Source of the DNA: a virus
Virus record (IMG/VR): IMGVR_UViG_3300034095_000254
Direction: 5' to 3' (one strand)
Length of the DNA: 64,000 nt
A model generated the notes under the pieces. It ran no database searches. It saw nothing but the letters and a program-made list of their open reading frames with translations, and had not been told where the DNA came from. A program made the translations under genes and the position numbers. This document shows, piece by piece, positions 26,951 to 37,078 of this stretch (position 1 is its first letter; every line of letters begins with the position of its first letter).

Positions 26951-28002
26951 ACTACCTCGATGTTGACTGCCTCAGTGTAAAGTGTTCTCATGTAAGTCTT
27001 AATTTGCTCTTTGTCAACATCAGTTTCGATTGAATCGACATAGTGTGAGAGAACAGACAATGTATCTTCAAGATTAATTTCTTCGCCAATCTCACCATCT
27101 TGAAACTCTGACATGTCTTCAATAATCTTGATTTCATGACAACCCTTATTATACAACTTCTGAATGAATTTGTCAAATTTATAAAAGTCAGTTTTGTTTA
27201 CAACTACTAACTTTACATACTTCTGTTCAAGTTCAATTAAATCGAGATCGATGGGGTCTTGTTCTTTATCGTTGTATTCGATTCGTTCAAACATTCGATA
27301 AGGATTGCAAAAGAATTCGAGTTCTCTTGTATCGAGATCAAACAGGTGGAATCCTCTGGGATCATTATAGTCCTGCCATGTAAGTTCGTACGGATTTCCG
27401 AGATAATGAATATGCTTATCACTACTCCTATGATGATAGTGCCCAGAAAAAACCAAATCAAACTTTTGAAAAGTTTCTTTAGCCAAGCCATCGTTTGATT
27501 CCATTCCTCTATGCATTGCAAAGCCAGCGATCTCAAAGTGACCCATACAGATCTCGGCTTTAGTGTTTGTAATATGATCCAATGATTCTTGATAGTTCTC
27601 TGGACAAATCCATGGCATCATACAGATGGATGTTCCATCAATAACTATTGTTTCTGGTTTGGAGATAACATCAATGTTACCGTATTCAACTAGAAGTAAA
27701 TCTGGAGAGTTTACTTCATTAGTGTTTTTATAGTATGTGTCGTGATTACCAGCCAACATATGCACCCGAATACCACGCTCTTCCAATTTGTCGAAGAACA
27801 TTTTCTTTGCTCTGTCAAGCGCATAGAAGTTGACATACTTCCGTCTATCAAAAGTATCGCCAAGAACAAGAACAGTGTCAATAGAATTTGCATCAAGAGC
27901 AGGAAAGAAAGTATTGTCATAGAATTTTTCGAAGAAGTCTAGAAAAGCAATACTATCATTACGAGCACCGAAGTGTTGATCAGTAATAATGGCTACTTTC
28001 AT
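26947..28002 (-). CDS. 47: Recombination endonuclease subunit gp47 (Mre11/SbcD-like)
   Basis: TDQHFG, GDTFD, GNHD, GHFE, SGHYH. Confidence 0.97.
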   Translation of the reverse strand: MKVAIITDQHFGARNDSIAFLDFFEKFYDNTFFPALDANSIDTVLVLGDTFDRRKYVNFYALDRAKKMFFDKLEERGIRVHMLAGNHDTYYKNTNEVNSPDLLLVEYGNIDVISKPETIVIDGTSICMMPWICPENYQESLDHITNTKAEICMGHFEIAGFAMHRGMESNDGLAKETFQKFDLVFSGHYHHRSSDKHIHYLGNPYELTWQDYNDPRGFHLFDLDTRELEFFCNPYRMFERIEYNDKEQDPIDLDLIELEQKYVKLVVVNKTDFYKFDKFIQKLYNKGCHEIKIIEDMSEFQDGEIGEEINLEDTLSVLSHYVDSIETDVDKEQIKTYMRTLYTEAVNIEVV

Positions 28003-28130
28003 GCGTAGTTAAACCCAATCAATCTATCACCAAGGGTTGATGCAAAAACATTCGCTTCTAGATCAGTCTTGAACCATTTAAACAAATGAACGCTCGATGT
28101 TGCTGGAGTTGCGTATGTAACTTTTATCAT
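27999..28130 (-). CDS. Small hypothetical protein (43 aa)
   Basis: Not in track. MIKVTYATPATSSVHLFKWFKTDLEANVFASTLGDRLIGFNYA*, coupled to both neighbours. Confidence 0.65.
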   Translation of the reverse strand: MIKVTYATPATSSVHLFKWFKTDLEANVFASTLGDRLIGFNYA

Positions 28131-29314
28131 TAGATAAATCCTACCTTTCTATTTGAACTAGATTTTTTAGTATTATCAGATTGTTGATTGAACACCTCTG
28201 CAATAGAGTATGCATCTTTGATGTCTGGCAGGGTAACATTCAATTTCTTAGCCAACTTCTTAGCATCACCATGTGACAGTGTATCGAATGTAAGGATATC
28301 AAAACATCTTCCTGGACGAACTAATGCTGAGTCAATATCACGGATGCTTGGAAGATTGGTGGAGAAGATCATCTTCTTACCTTTGGTTGTAACAAGACCA
28401 TCACCAACATTCAAGAAACGATGCATCATTGTATTACCATCGCTACGAGACTTTAAGAATGCATCGCTGTCTTCAAGAACCATAACTTCTGCGTCATCCT
28501 CGATGAACTTTGCGAAGAAACCATCTTTCTCAAGGATGCCAGCATCGTAGGTTACGATTGCGGAACAGTTGCGATGTGCAAGCAGACCACGAATGAATGT
28601 AGTCTTGCCAGTTCCTGGAGGTCCAATTAGTAGGAGAATGTTGGCAGAAGATTCCATGTAACGATCGTAGTAATCATTAAGGGATTCGCCATTAAGGAAT
28701 GGATACATCTCTTCAGTTGGGAGACGATCACGATTCAATGGAACATTGACGGAGTTACCATCAGCACCATAGATCCATTCGATATAAGATGTAACAACAT
28801 CAAAGTTAGACTCAACAATCTCAACCATGTCTTCTGCATATTCAGCATCACCGAATGCTCGAACAGTGGTTGAGTTAGAGTTTACATCAAACTTAATGAA
28901 GTTGTTAGTATTTTCCTCAACGATAAATCCAGTTGAAGAATTACTTTGAACGAACAGGCAATCGCTGTATTGTTCTTCTGCCCACTTTGACCATCGTTGA
29001 CGATCGCAAAGGACAGTTGTTTCTCGTTGTACTGTTGATAGGTTTGCATCAACACGACGCTTCATAATTTCGACTGTGATTAAGTCTTCGAAATCAGAAA
29101 CACCCAAAAATATTTTCTTATCATCCATAATTTTACTCAGATCAAATTGGTTATCAAAAGCATCCCATGTATATTTTCTAAGAAGTTTCTTACTTTGTTT
29201 TCTTCTTTTTCGTTTTGTGCTTCTTGCTAGTGCAGGAAAAGACCTTGTTACAATATTATGTCCTGCTTGCAATTCACGAATCCACTTGTGTAAGTCCTGT
29301 GTCATTTTCATCAT
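28130..29314 (-). CDS. AAA+ ATPase (BCS1-like) with basic N-terminal extension
   Basis: GPPGTGKT, VLEDSD, FLNVGDG, STN, DSALVRPGR. Confidence 0.88.
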   Translation of the reverse strand: MMKMTQDLHKWIRELQAGHNIVTRSFPALARSTKRKRRKQSKKLLRKYTWDAFDNQFDLSKIMDDKKIFLGVSDFEDLITVEIMKRRVDANLSTVQRETTVLCDRQRWSKWAEEQYSDCLFVQSNSSTGFIVEENTNNFIKFDVNSNSTTVRAFGDAEYAEDMVEIVESNFDVVTSYIEWIYGADGNSVNVPLNRDRLPTEEMYPFLNGESLNDYYDRYMESSANILLLIGPPGTGKTTFIRGLLAHRNCSAIVTYDAGILEKDGFFAKFIEDDAEVMVLEDSDAFLKSRSDGNTMMHRFLNVGDGLVTTKGKKMIFSTNLPSIRDIDSALVRPGRCFDILTFDTLSHGDAKKLAKKLNVTLPDIKDAYSIAEVFNQQSDNTKKSSSNRKVGFI

Positions 29315-29837
29315 CCAAAAAACTATTCAATGTATTATCAACTTTTCGTTTTGCTGCCTTTTCTTTTTTGCGATCCATCCATGAATCATCAAAGGTGCTA
29401 TTGTTCTGAACGAAATCCATGTAGGCATTATGATAGTCTTTATCATCACCCTCTTGAACTTCAAACATCTCAAATGGCATATCTTGAATTAACTTACCTT
29501 TAATATAACTTTGTTTCTTTTCCTTGGCAATCCTTCGCAGAAATGCATAGTAGATAATCTGCGTAAAATATGCAAATGGATTATTAGACTTGGTGGGATC
29601 GAAGTTATCAATATACTGTAAACAGTTTTCAATTCCATCGGAAATCATTTCCTCACGGTATGAATAATTGATAAAGTTGGGTTTATAGGAAAGATGGTTT
29701 GCTATCTTTAGAATGCATTCACCAATATAGTTGCTAACGACTGGTTTGGGTAAACCTTTTTCTTCAGCTTCTTTTTTCTTGGCTCGCATCTCTACTATAG
29801 CTGCAAGAAAGTCAGCGTTATTTACATAATGTGCCAT
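29274..29837 (-). CDS. 55: Late-transcription sigma factor gp55
   Basis: HYVNNADFL, YIGECILKIA, EMISDGIENC, NPFAYFTQI. Confidence 0.96.
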   Translation of the reverse strand: MAHYVNNADFLAAIVEMRAKKKEAEEKGLPKPVVSNYIGECILKIANHLSYKPNFINYSYREEMISDGIENCLQYIDNFDPTKSNNPFAYFTQIIYYAFLRRIAKEKKQSYIKGKLIQDMPFEMFEVQEGDDKDYHNAYMDFVQNNSTFDDSWMDRKKEKAAKRKVDNTLNSFLDDENDTGLTQVDS

Positions 29838-29873
29838 ACATACTCGTTCCTCATTTAATTCAAGTTATTCATA

Positions 29874-29902
29874 AGTATACATCAAACATGATAAAAAGAC
29901 AA
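29874..29902 (-). promoter_or_regulatory. Sigma70-like promoter for gp55-gp47-gp46
   Basis: TTGTCT-N17-TATACT. Confidence 0.75.
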
Positions 29903-29937
29903 ATCTTATTTATGCAAGACCTGTAGATAAAATATAT

Positions 29938-29966
29938 TTGCCTTTTTAATTGACTTGAGGCATAAT
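29938..29966 (+). promoter_or_regulatory. Divergent plus-strand sigma70-like promoter (antisense)
   Basis: TTGCCT-N17-CATAAT, same family as the minus-strand promoters. Confidence 0.6.
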
Positions 29967-29992
29967 CACTGTGTTAGGGTTGATCGTGACTA

Positions 29993-30454
29993 CTAGTTAA
30001 TAGTATCGTTACCTTCGATAAAGACTCTATGTCTTTCCTCTTCTCTTTCATCTTTTGGAGTTTTTGCTAACTCCTCAAGCATTAAGATTCTTCTCTTTGC
30101 TTCCTCCAAATCAATATCATCTTCCCAGAGCAGTTCTTCTTTTTTATCTTTAGATATAAACGAAAGTTTCTCATGCTCTGCAACAATGCGTTGATAGTGA
30201 GGGATGAATACATGATGCAACTTCTTCACAAACATAATGTCTCGCTTGGCAATTACAAAACTTCTGTCATCGGAGAATTGACATAAAGGTTGTGCCGTTA
30301 TATGTTCACGATTGGCATCTAAAATGGGAATGGTTCTAATACACATTGGCGATTCAAGCAACACATGCTCATCATCCTCTTCTTTGAGGACAGCCATTAC
30401 TTGCTCACCTGATGTAAGTTTCATTACAATATAGAACTCGTTCTCGTCTAACAT
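29993..30454 (-). CDS. Conserved hypothetical protein downstream of uvsW (Sm-like fold)
   Basis: VMKLTSGEQVMA; typical T4-like position. Confidence 0.75.
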   Translation of the reverse strand: MLDENEFYIVMKLTSGEQVMAVLKEEDDEHVLLESPMCIRTIPILDANREHITAQPLCQFSDDRSFVIAKRDIMFVKKLHHVFIPHYQRIVAEHEKLSFISKDKKEELLWEDDIDLEEAKRRILMLEELAKTPKDEREEERHRVFIEGNDTIN

Positions 30455-31929
30455 AGATCCACCTCTATTATTTTAACTTTAAATTCTTCTTCAGCATAGA
30501 TTTTATATCTTTCAGCTGCATGATTTAGAGTATGGTTTTTCCAAGACTTCCAATGCAAATCATCGGCAAGGTCAAACAAATTACATTTTGTCTTGCCATC
30601 TTTCAATCTCAATCCACGACCAATACTTTGCAAGTTACGGATCTTGCTCTTTGATGGTGATGCAAAAATAACATTCTCGAGAGACGGTATGTTGATGCCA
30701 GTAGAGAATGTACCGAAACTAGCAATAATAATAGCATCGCTTTCACCCTCTGTAATATGACGAATTGATTCACGATCGGTTGTATCAGTTCCTCCGTAAA
30801 CAAAGAACACTTTGCGGTTCTCATGAACCTTATCTTTTATTAATTCGTATAAAACCTTTCCATGTTTTTCAACAAACTGGAAAAGCACTAAGGTATTACC
30901 CTCAGATTTTACTGCAAGATTACGAATAAATTTATTTCGTTTTTCATTGCTTACAAGAAAATCCATCTCTTCTTGATAAGTTTTATTCTTTTGTACCTTA
31001 CGAATTTCTTCGTTGTACTTCAACATCACACACATTATATTTAGTTCTGTGAGTCTTCCTGAATCCATCAACGCTTTGGTTGTAGTAACCTTATGCACTG
31101 GACCAAACATACCTTCAAGAACTAAACGATGAACCTTCTTGTTATCAAGTGTTCCTGTTGTTCCAATTCTGTAACGAATCTTGTCCATCTTTTCCATAAC
31201 TGTTGTTAGGGATTTTGCTTTGAACTGATGTGCTTCATCTCCGAAGATTACATCGAACTGAGCAAACCAAGATTTAGGTTGTAGGTATACAGACTGCCAA
31301 GTTGTAATCAATACATCTTTGGTGAAGTCTTTAGAGAACCCTGCATATAATTTTTGGCAAGCACCAGCAACATTGAAACCATTGGTAGAGGAGTAGTCCT
31401 CAAAGTCAGTATACAACTGCTCAACCAGTGAAGTCGTTGGAACTATAATGATACATTTACGATCGTGTGCAATGTGCCAACGCATCGTGGTGTAAATTAT
31501 AAATGACTTTCCTGACGCAGTGGGAGATAATAGGAGTGTCCGCTCTTTATCGAGAGCAGTCTTCACTGCTTCAATTTGATAGTCTCGGATTTCGATTGGT
31601 TTACCACGACCATGTGGATCGAGTGACTTGGCATAGTCTTCTACAATCTGATGTGTGATATTGTTTTGGTGGAATACAGGAGTTACATATTCAATGCCAT
31701 ACCCATTGCGAGTGGCAAACTCTTCAACATATGATACTAGACCAACATAAAGAGTTTTTCTAACTTGATCGTATAGACGAACTTTTCCATCCCAGAGTCT
31801 TGCTCTGAACTGAGGTGTAAATCTTGCACCTGGATATTCATAGGTAAAGAAGTCAGCGAGTTCTTGTTCAATAGAACCATCGCTAAAAACTCTAACATAA
31901 ACTTCGTCTAACTTCTCAATTTTTATCAT
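30448..31929 (-). CDS. uvsW: UvsW SF2 helicase
   Basis: RDYQ, SPTASGKS, GDEAH, GTTGT, FSTGINIP, QSIGRGLR. Confidence 0.97.
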   Translation of the reverse strand: MIKIEKLDEVYVRVFSDGSIEQELADFFTYEYPGARFTPQFRARLWDGKVRLYDQVRKTLYVGLVSYVEEFATRNGYGIEYVTPVFHQNNITHQIVEDYAKSLDPHGRGKPIEIRDYQIEAVKTALDKERTLLLSPTASGKSFIIYTTMRWHIAHDRKCIIIVPTTSLVEQLYTDFEDYSSTNGFNVAGACQKLYAGFSKDFTKDVLITTWQSVYLQPKSWFAQFDVIFGDEAHQFKAKSLTTVMEKMDKIRYRIGTTGTLDNKKVHRLVLEGMFGPVHKVTTTKALMDSGRLTELNIMCVMLKYNEEIRKVQKNKTYQEEMDFLVSNEKRNKFIRNLAVKSEGNTLVLFQFVEKHGKVLYELIKDKVHENRKVFFVYGGTDTTDRESIRHITEGESDAIIIASFGTFSTGINIPSLENVIFASPSKSKIRNLQSIGRGLRLKDGKTKCNLFDLADDLHWKSWKNHTLNHAAERYKIYAEEEFKVKIIEVDLC

Positions 31930-32366
31930 TACATACCAGCTAAGAATTTCTTCCATTCAACTGCAGTTTTAATCTGCCAGTCTCTGGCTTTGATTTGACC
32001 AAGAACGGATTCAAGAAAATATATCATTGTCTCAAGATAATCAATCTTGACTCTTAATGTATTTAGTTCGGTGTCACCTGAGAGGAATTCATCCATCTCA
32101 TTCTTTAATGGCTTAACACCTTGCCATTGTTCCCATGCAAGATTAGTTAATTCATCACGAGATAGTTCACCACGATATAGGCGAAACTTATTCTTGCGTA
32201 ATAGATTGTAATCTGATTGGAGTTTGGTGTGTTTTAGTTTGACATTGACAAGTAGTTTTAAATACTTGGCATGTAACTTGGGAGTAGCTGTGGTTGTTTC
32301 ACCGAGATAGTTATCATCTATCTGGCAATCTAAATCCCACGCTTCTTGCAATTGTTCAATATTCAT
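31929..32366 (-). CDS. uvsY: UvsY recombination mediator
   Basis: W..DCQID, PKLHAKY, RDWQIKTAVEWKKFLAG. Confidence 0.92.
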   Translation of the reverse strand: MNIEQLQEAWDLDCQIDDNYLGETTTATPKLHAKYLKLLVNVKLKHTKLQSDYNLLRKNKFRLYRGELSRDELTNLAWEQWQGVKPLKNEMDEFLSGDTELNTLRVKIDYLETMIYFLESVLGQIKARDWQIKTAVEWKKFLAGM

Positions 32367-32391
32367 AATATCCTCACATTTATATACTGCC

Positions 32392-32420
32392 ATTATACCG
32401 CAGTATTACAAAAAAATCAA
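32392..32420 (-). promoter_or_regulatory. Sigma70-like promoter for uvsY/uvsW
   Basis: TTGATT-N17-TATAAT. Confidence 0.7.
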
Positions 32421-32427
32421 GTTTGTC

Positions 32428-32961
32428 TTACAAGAATTTGTAGTATCCGTAGCGGAATGTTGCATTCCCTACTAGGTATTGCACATCTGTATTTGTAGAT
32501 GCAAACATCAACGAGTCAATAGTGATTGGAAACATATCTGTAAATTGCACAACTTGAGCAGTTTCATTATTACCATTCAAGATTTGCAGAGTACCATCAG
32601 AGTAGTTTTTTGCCAACTCAGAATAATTAAATGCATCAGTAGCACTAAATGTGGTATACTGATCATAAGACTCTGGGAAACCTAAAGCGACAATCCAGTT
32701 GTAGATTGCTTTGTAGTTTGCCATATCAGAATCAACAAGGAACTGAACAGTCAATTGATCATATGTTAACATTTCTCCAGGAACTGGCACTGTAGAAAAT
32801 GGTGTTGCTTGTTCAGGAGCACCAAGAGTAATACCTGGAATATTTACCTGCTGACAAAAGAATGACAGGTTAGGTAATTTGGTAATGTTGAACATGAATC
32901 CATTAGGTGATAATGGAGTGATGTTACTTGGGAAAGGACAGGTAATAGTTGTAGTAGCCAT
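32428..32961 (-). CDS. 3: Tail completion/sheath stabiliser gp3
   Basis: LSPNGF, FFCQQVNIPG, FLVDSDMANY..IYNW; synteny after gp23. Confidence 0.88.
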   Translation of the reverse strand: MATTTITCPFPSNITPLSPNGFMFNITKLPNLSFFCQQVNIPGITLGAPEQATPFSTVPVPGEMLTYDQLTVQFLVDSDMANYKAIYNWIVALGFPESYDQYTTFSATDAFNYSELAKNYSDGTLQILNGNNETAQVVQFTDMFPITIDSLMFASTNTDVQYLVGNATFRYGYYKFL

Positions 32962-32979
32962 AACATTATTTATCCAAAT

Positions 32980-33009
32980 AAAAAAGAGGGTTCCCGAAAG
33001 AACCCTCTT
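32980..33009 (-). terminator. Intrinsic terminator after major capsid gene
   Basis: AAGAGGGTTC-tttcgg-GAACCCTCTT followed by a T-tract. Confidence 0.85.
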
Positions 33010-33053
33010 AAAGTACCGCTTCTATGTCGGCTTCTTAAAAACCGACTAGTTGC

Positions 33054-34361
33054 TTACATCAAGTTAGCAACTTTAACACGACGATAGTAGTAGTTCACAT
33101 TCGCAGTTAAGTTGTCAGTGCCTTCAGTGCCGTCATCCAAGTTAACGAATGGGTTAGCAACTAGACCGTAACGAGTCTTGAAGCCAATTTTTGGCTGGAA
33201 GCTGTTAGGATCAACTGCACGAACCATTTGCAATGGAACATATGGGCAATAGAATAAGCCAGCATCAAAAGCAGAAGCACCTTTGTAGCCAACAACGAAG
33301 AACTGAGTATTTGACACATTGCTTGTGTATGGGTCAACATAAACTTTGTACTTACCGTTTAGAATACCAGCGAAAGTAGTAGAAGTATCATCGATAGTCA
33401 AATCATTCTTACCAGTTAAACCAGAAGAATAATCTAACACACCAGCCATTGCTAGGGCAGAAGCCACATCAGCTGAAGTGATGATAACATTACCACGACC
33501 ACGACGAGTTTGTTGACCAATAGCATTGGCTTCACGCTCGATTTGGAACATTAGACCTTTGAATTTCTCAACAGACCAACGACCATTTGAGTCAGTATCT
33601 AAGTCGAAAGTACCAGCAGTAGTTACACCAACTGCAGCACCAGCTTTAGCTGTCTTGTAGATTGTACGGATAACTTCACGGTTGATTTCAGCAAGGATCT
33701 CTGTAGAGAGAATGTTGCTTAATTCGCCTTCAGCGTCAAGACCATGAACAGACTTCATGTCTTGTGCTAATTCGATAGAGTATTCTGCCTTCAAAGCACG
33801 AGTCTTTGCAGTTACAGAAGTCTTTTCGATAGAGAAAGCCATAGCACCGAAAGAACCATCACCAACACCACCTTGACCTAAACGCTCGCCATCGGAAGTT
33901 GCTAGACCAGTACCAGTAGTTTCAGAACCACCGAAGTCATATGCACCAGAGTGAGTACCTGTACCAGCGAAGTCAGAATCAGCTTCGTTGAACAATGCTT
34001 CGTCACCACCTTGAGTGCTGTAACGAGACTTCATTGCGAAGATTAGACCAGTTGGCTGAGTCATTGGTTGTACACCGCAAACATCATAAGCGATCATTTG
34101 TGGCATTGCACGACGAACCAAGCTGATAATTACTGGATCAAACTTAGCGAAACCGCCAGTGTCACCATAAGAACCAACAGCGTTAGCTGGAGCAGCTTCG
34201 TTCAATTCGCCCATGGCTTCACGACCACGACGCATTTCGATTTCTTGGTTTTCTAGAAGAACCGCAGTTACTTCTTTACGATAGTTGTCACGAATCTTTG
34301 GGGCACTTTCGTGCTCAAGAATCGGAGCCCATTTTTTTACTAAATCTTGACGATTAATCAT
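33054..34361 (-). CDS. 23: Major capsid protein gp23
   Basis: KWAPIL, VCGVQPMTQPTGLIFAM, RALKAEYS, QPKIGFKTRYG. Confidence 0.98.
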   Translation of the reverse strand: MINRQDLVKKWAPILEHESAPKIRDNYRKEVTAVLLENQEIEMRRGREAMGELNEAAPANAVGSYGDTGGFAKFDPVIISLVRRAMPQMIAYDVCGVQPMTQPTGLIFAMKSRYSTQGGDEALFNEADSDFAGTGTHSGAYDFGGSETTGTGLATSDGERLGQGGVGDGSFGAMAFSIEKTSVTAKTRALKAEYSIELAQDMKSVHGLDAEGELSNILSTEILAEINREVIRTIYKTAKAGAAVGVTTAGTFDLDTDSNGRWSVEKFKGLMFQIEREANAIGQQTRRGRGNVIITSADVASALAMAGVLDYSSGLTGKNDLTIDDTSTTFAGILNGKYKVYVDPYTSNVSNTQFFVVGYKGASAFDAGLFYCPYVPLQMVRAVDPNSFQPKIGFKTRYGLVANPFVNLDDGTEGTDNLTANVNYYYRRVKVANLM

Positions 34362-34376
34362 TTTGGATTTCCTTAT

Positions 34377-35399
34377 TTATTTTAATTTGTTGAGCTGAGC
34401 AGCATAAGCAGACATAGATGGATCTAATTTCTTAGAAACTCCTTCAGTCAACGCTTCTACTGGAGCATCAGTAACTACAGATTTAATTTCTGTAGAACCT
34501 TTAGTTGTGAAATAATTTTCACGGATAGTCTTTACTTTGGTTTCAAAACTAGCTTGGTCTTCGTAAGATAGTTCTTCAACAAGAGACATAAACTTTTCAG
34601 TTTCTGTATCTGTCAAACCTTCACTTACAGTCTTAACGATATCAGCACGATTGCTTTCAGCAAGAGTCTTGCTTAGTTCAATATTAGCTGCAACTTGTTC
34701 ATTAAGTTTTTCTTCCAATTCATCGATCTTAGATTCCATTTCGCCAAGCACATCGAATTTCTCTTCAGGAATATCAATATAGTGCTCTTCAAATAAATTC
34801 TTCAGACCGCCAATGAAACCTTCAAGAATATCTGATTTCATACCACGCTCTAGGGCAATTTCATTCTGTGTCATCCACTGCTCGGCAATATAACCGAGGT
34901 ATCCATCAACTTGCTCAACAATTCCCTCTGTATTCTTCGCAACAGCTTCCGCTAGTTTGCTTTCGAATTCTTCTTCAATACGAGCAACTTCGTTCTTAAC
35001 ACGATTAAGAACTGCTGCTTCAAAAATAGTTTCTGCTTTCTGACGGAATTCCTCAGAAAGTTCTTCGCCAGCCATCAATGCGTCAACATCTTCTTTAACG
35101 CTTGTACCTGTACGAATGACTGCTTGATCGCCAGCTTCAGCTTTAGCTGTAACTGGATTTGATTTCTTAGAAGTACCACCCTCAGCTTCTTTCTCGTCAT
35201 CAACATTGTTGCGAGAATTATCTGGGTTAGGTGTTTCACCACCATTTGGTACATTGTTAGATGCGTCACGGATTGGGGTTTGATTCCCAGCCTGTGCACC
35301 ATCTTTACCTGAGTCCATACCACCTTCTGTGCCGTGTACTTTGAATTCGTCTAACTTAGACTCACGCAAAATTTCAGCGATTTTTTGTTCGATTGACAT
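34377..35399 (-). CDS. 22: Prohead core scaffold gp22
   Basis: ELSEEFRQKAETIFEAAV, YIAEQW; synteny. Confidence 0.93.
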   Translation of the reverse strand: MSIEQKIAEILRESKLDEFKVHGTEGGMDSGKDGAQAGNQTPIRDASNNVPNGGETPNPDNSRNNVDDEKEAEGGTSKKSNPVTAKAEAGDQAVIRTGTSVKEDVDALMAGEELSEEFRQKAETIFEAAVLNRVKNEVARIEEEFESKLAEAVAKNTEGIVEQVDGYLGYIAEQWMTQNEIALERGMKSDILEGFIGGLKNLFEEHYIDIPEEKFDVLGEMESKIDELEEKLNEQVAANIELSKTLAESNRADIVKTVSEGLTDTETEKFMSLVEELSYEDQASFETKVKTIRENYFTTKGSTEIKSVVTDAPVEALTEGVSKKLDPSMSAYAAQLNKLK

Positions 35400-35443
35400 C
35401 GTTTTCTCCTGTAACTGGATAGTTCTATTAGATTATTTATTAT

Positions 35444-36097
35444 TTATCTGATTTTACTCAGAAACTTTTGGAAAGCATAAATCTTTGCTTCCTGTAAATT
35501 GCGTGAAGAAGCCTTGCGAATAGAACGCTGTGCTTCCTCAATATGTTGTTCCACAAACTTTCCATCAACAAAGACCCACTCTTTTGACTCCATAATACCT
35601 CTTACGAACGCATCTGGAGCAGACGGATCGGCAACGATGTCAGCTGCAGTGGACAGCATAAAATCGTCTTGAACAATTTGAACACCTTCGTTATTTGTTT
35701 GAAGGGAACCCAGTGCTCTGCTAGATACTCCAAGGTTTGCACCACCATCTAAAAGACCTCGTGCAATCATACCCATTGGTGTTTCTAGAATCTTTGCTTT
35801 GCCGATGTAGTTAGTACCTTCTTTGCGTAAACTAACAATCATATGTGATACACGATCCAAATTAATGGAAGGAGTATCTGGATGACCAAGTTCGCCATAG
35901 GCACGATTCTTGTCGACAGATTCTTTAATGTAACGATTAACTTCATTATCCATAATTGATTCTGGATACATACGACCATTACGGTTTTTCAGTTCAGATT
36001 GAAGAAAGATTCCTTCAATAAAATATTCTTTACCTTTGCCGAGTTTTGACTCAACAATAAGGTTTGTGGTATCTAAAACTTCTCTAATTAGTCTCAT
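35444..36097 (-). CDS. 21: Prohead protease gp21
   Basis: NRNGRMY, GELGHP, GVSSRALG, DIVADPSAPDA. Confidence 0.97.
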   Translation of the reverse strand: MRLIREVLDTTNLIVESKLGKGKEYFIEGIFLQSELKNRNGRMYPESIMDNEVNRYIKESVDKNRAYGELGHPDTPSINLDRVSHMIVSLRKEGTNYIGKAKILETPMGMIARGLLDGGANLGVSSRALGSLQTNNEGVQIVQDDFMLSTAADIVADPSAPDAFVRGIMESKEWVFVDGKFVEQHIEEAQRSIRKASSRNLQEAKIYAFQKFLSKIR

Positions 36098-36099
36098 GA

Positions 36100-36528
36100 T
36101 TAACTTCCTACCACAGCTGGGTTATCGTAAGCACCATAAGTAGCTTCTTCAACTTTAGTAGACCAACCAGCAGTTTTACGAAGGACTAAAATACCAGTAA
36201 CATCTTTTGCAGCACCATTAGTAATAACGATGTCAAAAGTATTGTCATTAGTCAGTGGAATACCCCATGCATTTAATTCTGCATAAGGAGCATTCTCAGG
36301 TGCAGATGCAATAACAATTTTACTGTTACGCAAAATATTAACCTTTGAAGCCAACTCGCCTGTTACTTGCCATTTGACAATATTGACTGCAGGTGTATCA
36401 GCATTTCTTGCTTGAGTAGATGCAGTTAAGTTGGCAATAGTAATAGTGCCAGACTCTGCAGCGGAAGATGCGAAATGAATCACAGTTTCCTGATTTGTAT
36501 TCTTAAGGGTTGTGATAGTCATTGCCAT
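36100..36528 (-). CDS. Hypothetical virion/head protein
   Basis: Located in the head operon. Confidence 0.7.
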   Translation of the reverse strand: MAMTITTLKNTNQETVIHFASSAAESGTITIANLTASTQARNADTPAVNIVKWQVTGELASKVNILRNSKIVIASAPENAPYAELNAWGIPLTNDNTFDIVITNGAAKDVTGILVLRKTAGWSTKVEEATYGAYDNPAVVGS

Positions 36529-36529
36529 C

Positions 36530-37078
36530 TTATTGTTCCTCTAATTTTGTAAGCACATGAAAGAAGTTCTCTTTCGACTCTCTCATGTACTCAATAATTT
36601 CTGTTTGCTTATGTAATAAGTTATTTAGGCGCAATTGAGTACGCTCGTCAATAGTTACAATTGCTTCATCATTAAGAACATAATGCAATTTACCCTCAAC
36701 CAATCTGTCCAGTTTATTAAGAGAACGAATACTGTGAACAACTGGGTCTACACTAAACATGTGAGAAGAAGCAAGTTTTATATAATTTTCGATTAATGTA
36801 TCGGTAACTTTAATATCGTGATATTCTTTAATAATATTTGCGACAGTATGTTCTGATAGTTCTTCGTATAAGTCTTTTGATACTTGTTCTTCTAATTGAT
36901 GCGAAATATAGTCTTGTTTAATGTATTGTCTTGCTTCTTCTAAACTCGTAAATTCTGTTTCAATACCATTTATCAAAACCTTACCTTCTTCAGTTCTTTC
37001 GATTAACTGAAGATAGGATCTGACACTTTCAACGATATCAGATCGCTTTAGAGATTTTGTAAATTCGTGGTAACGCAT
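36530..37078 (-). CDS. Hypothetical prohead core-region protein
   Basis: Between portal and protease (gp67/68 region). Confidence 0.7.
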   Translation of the reverse strand: MRYHEFTKSLKRSDIVESVRSYLQLIERTEEGKVLINGIETEFTSLEEARQYIKQDYISHQLEEQVSKDLYEELSEHTVANIIKEYHDIKVTDTLIENYIKLASSHMFSVDPVVHSIRSLNKLDRLVEGKLHYVLNDEAIVTIDERTQLRLNNLLHKQTEIIEYMRESKENFFHVLTKLEEQ

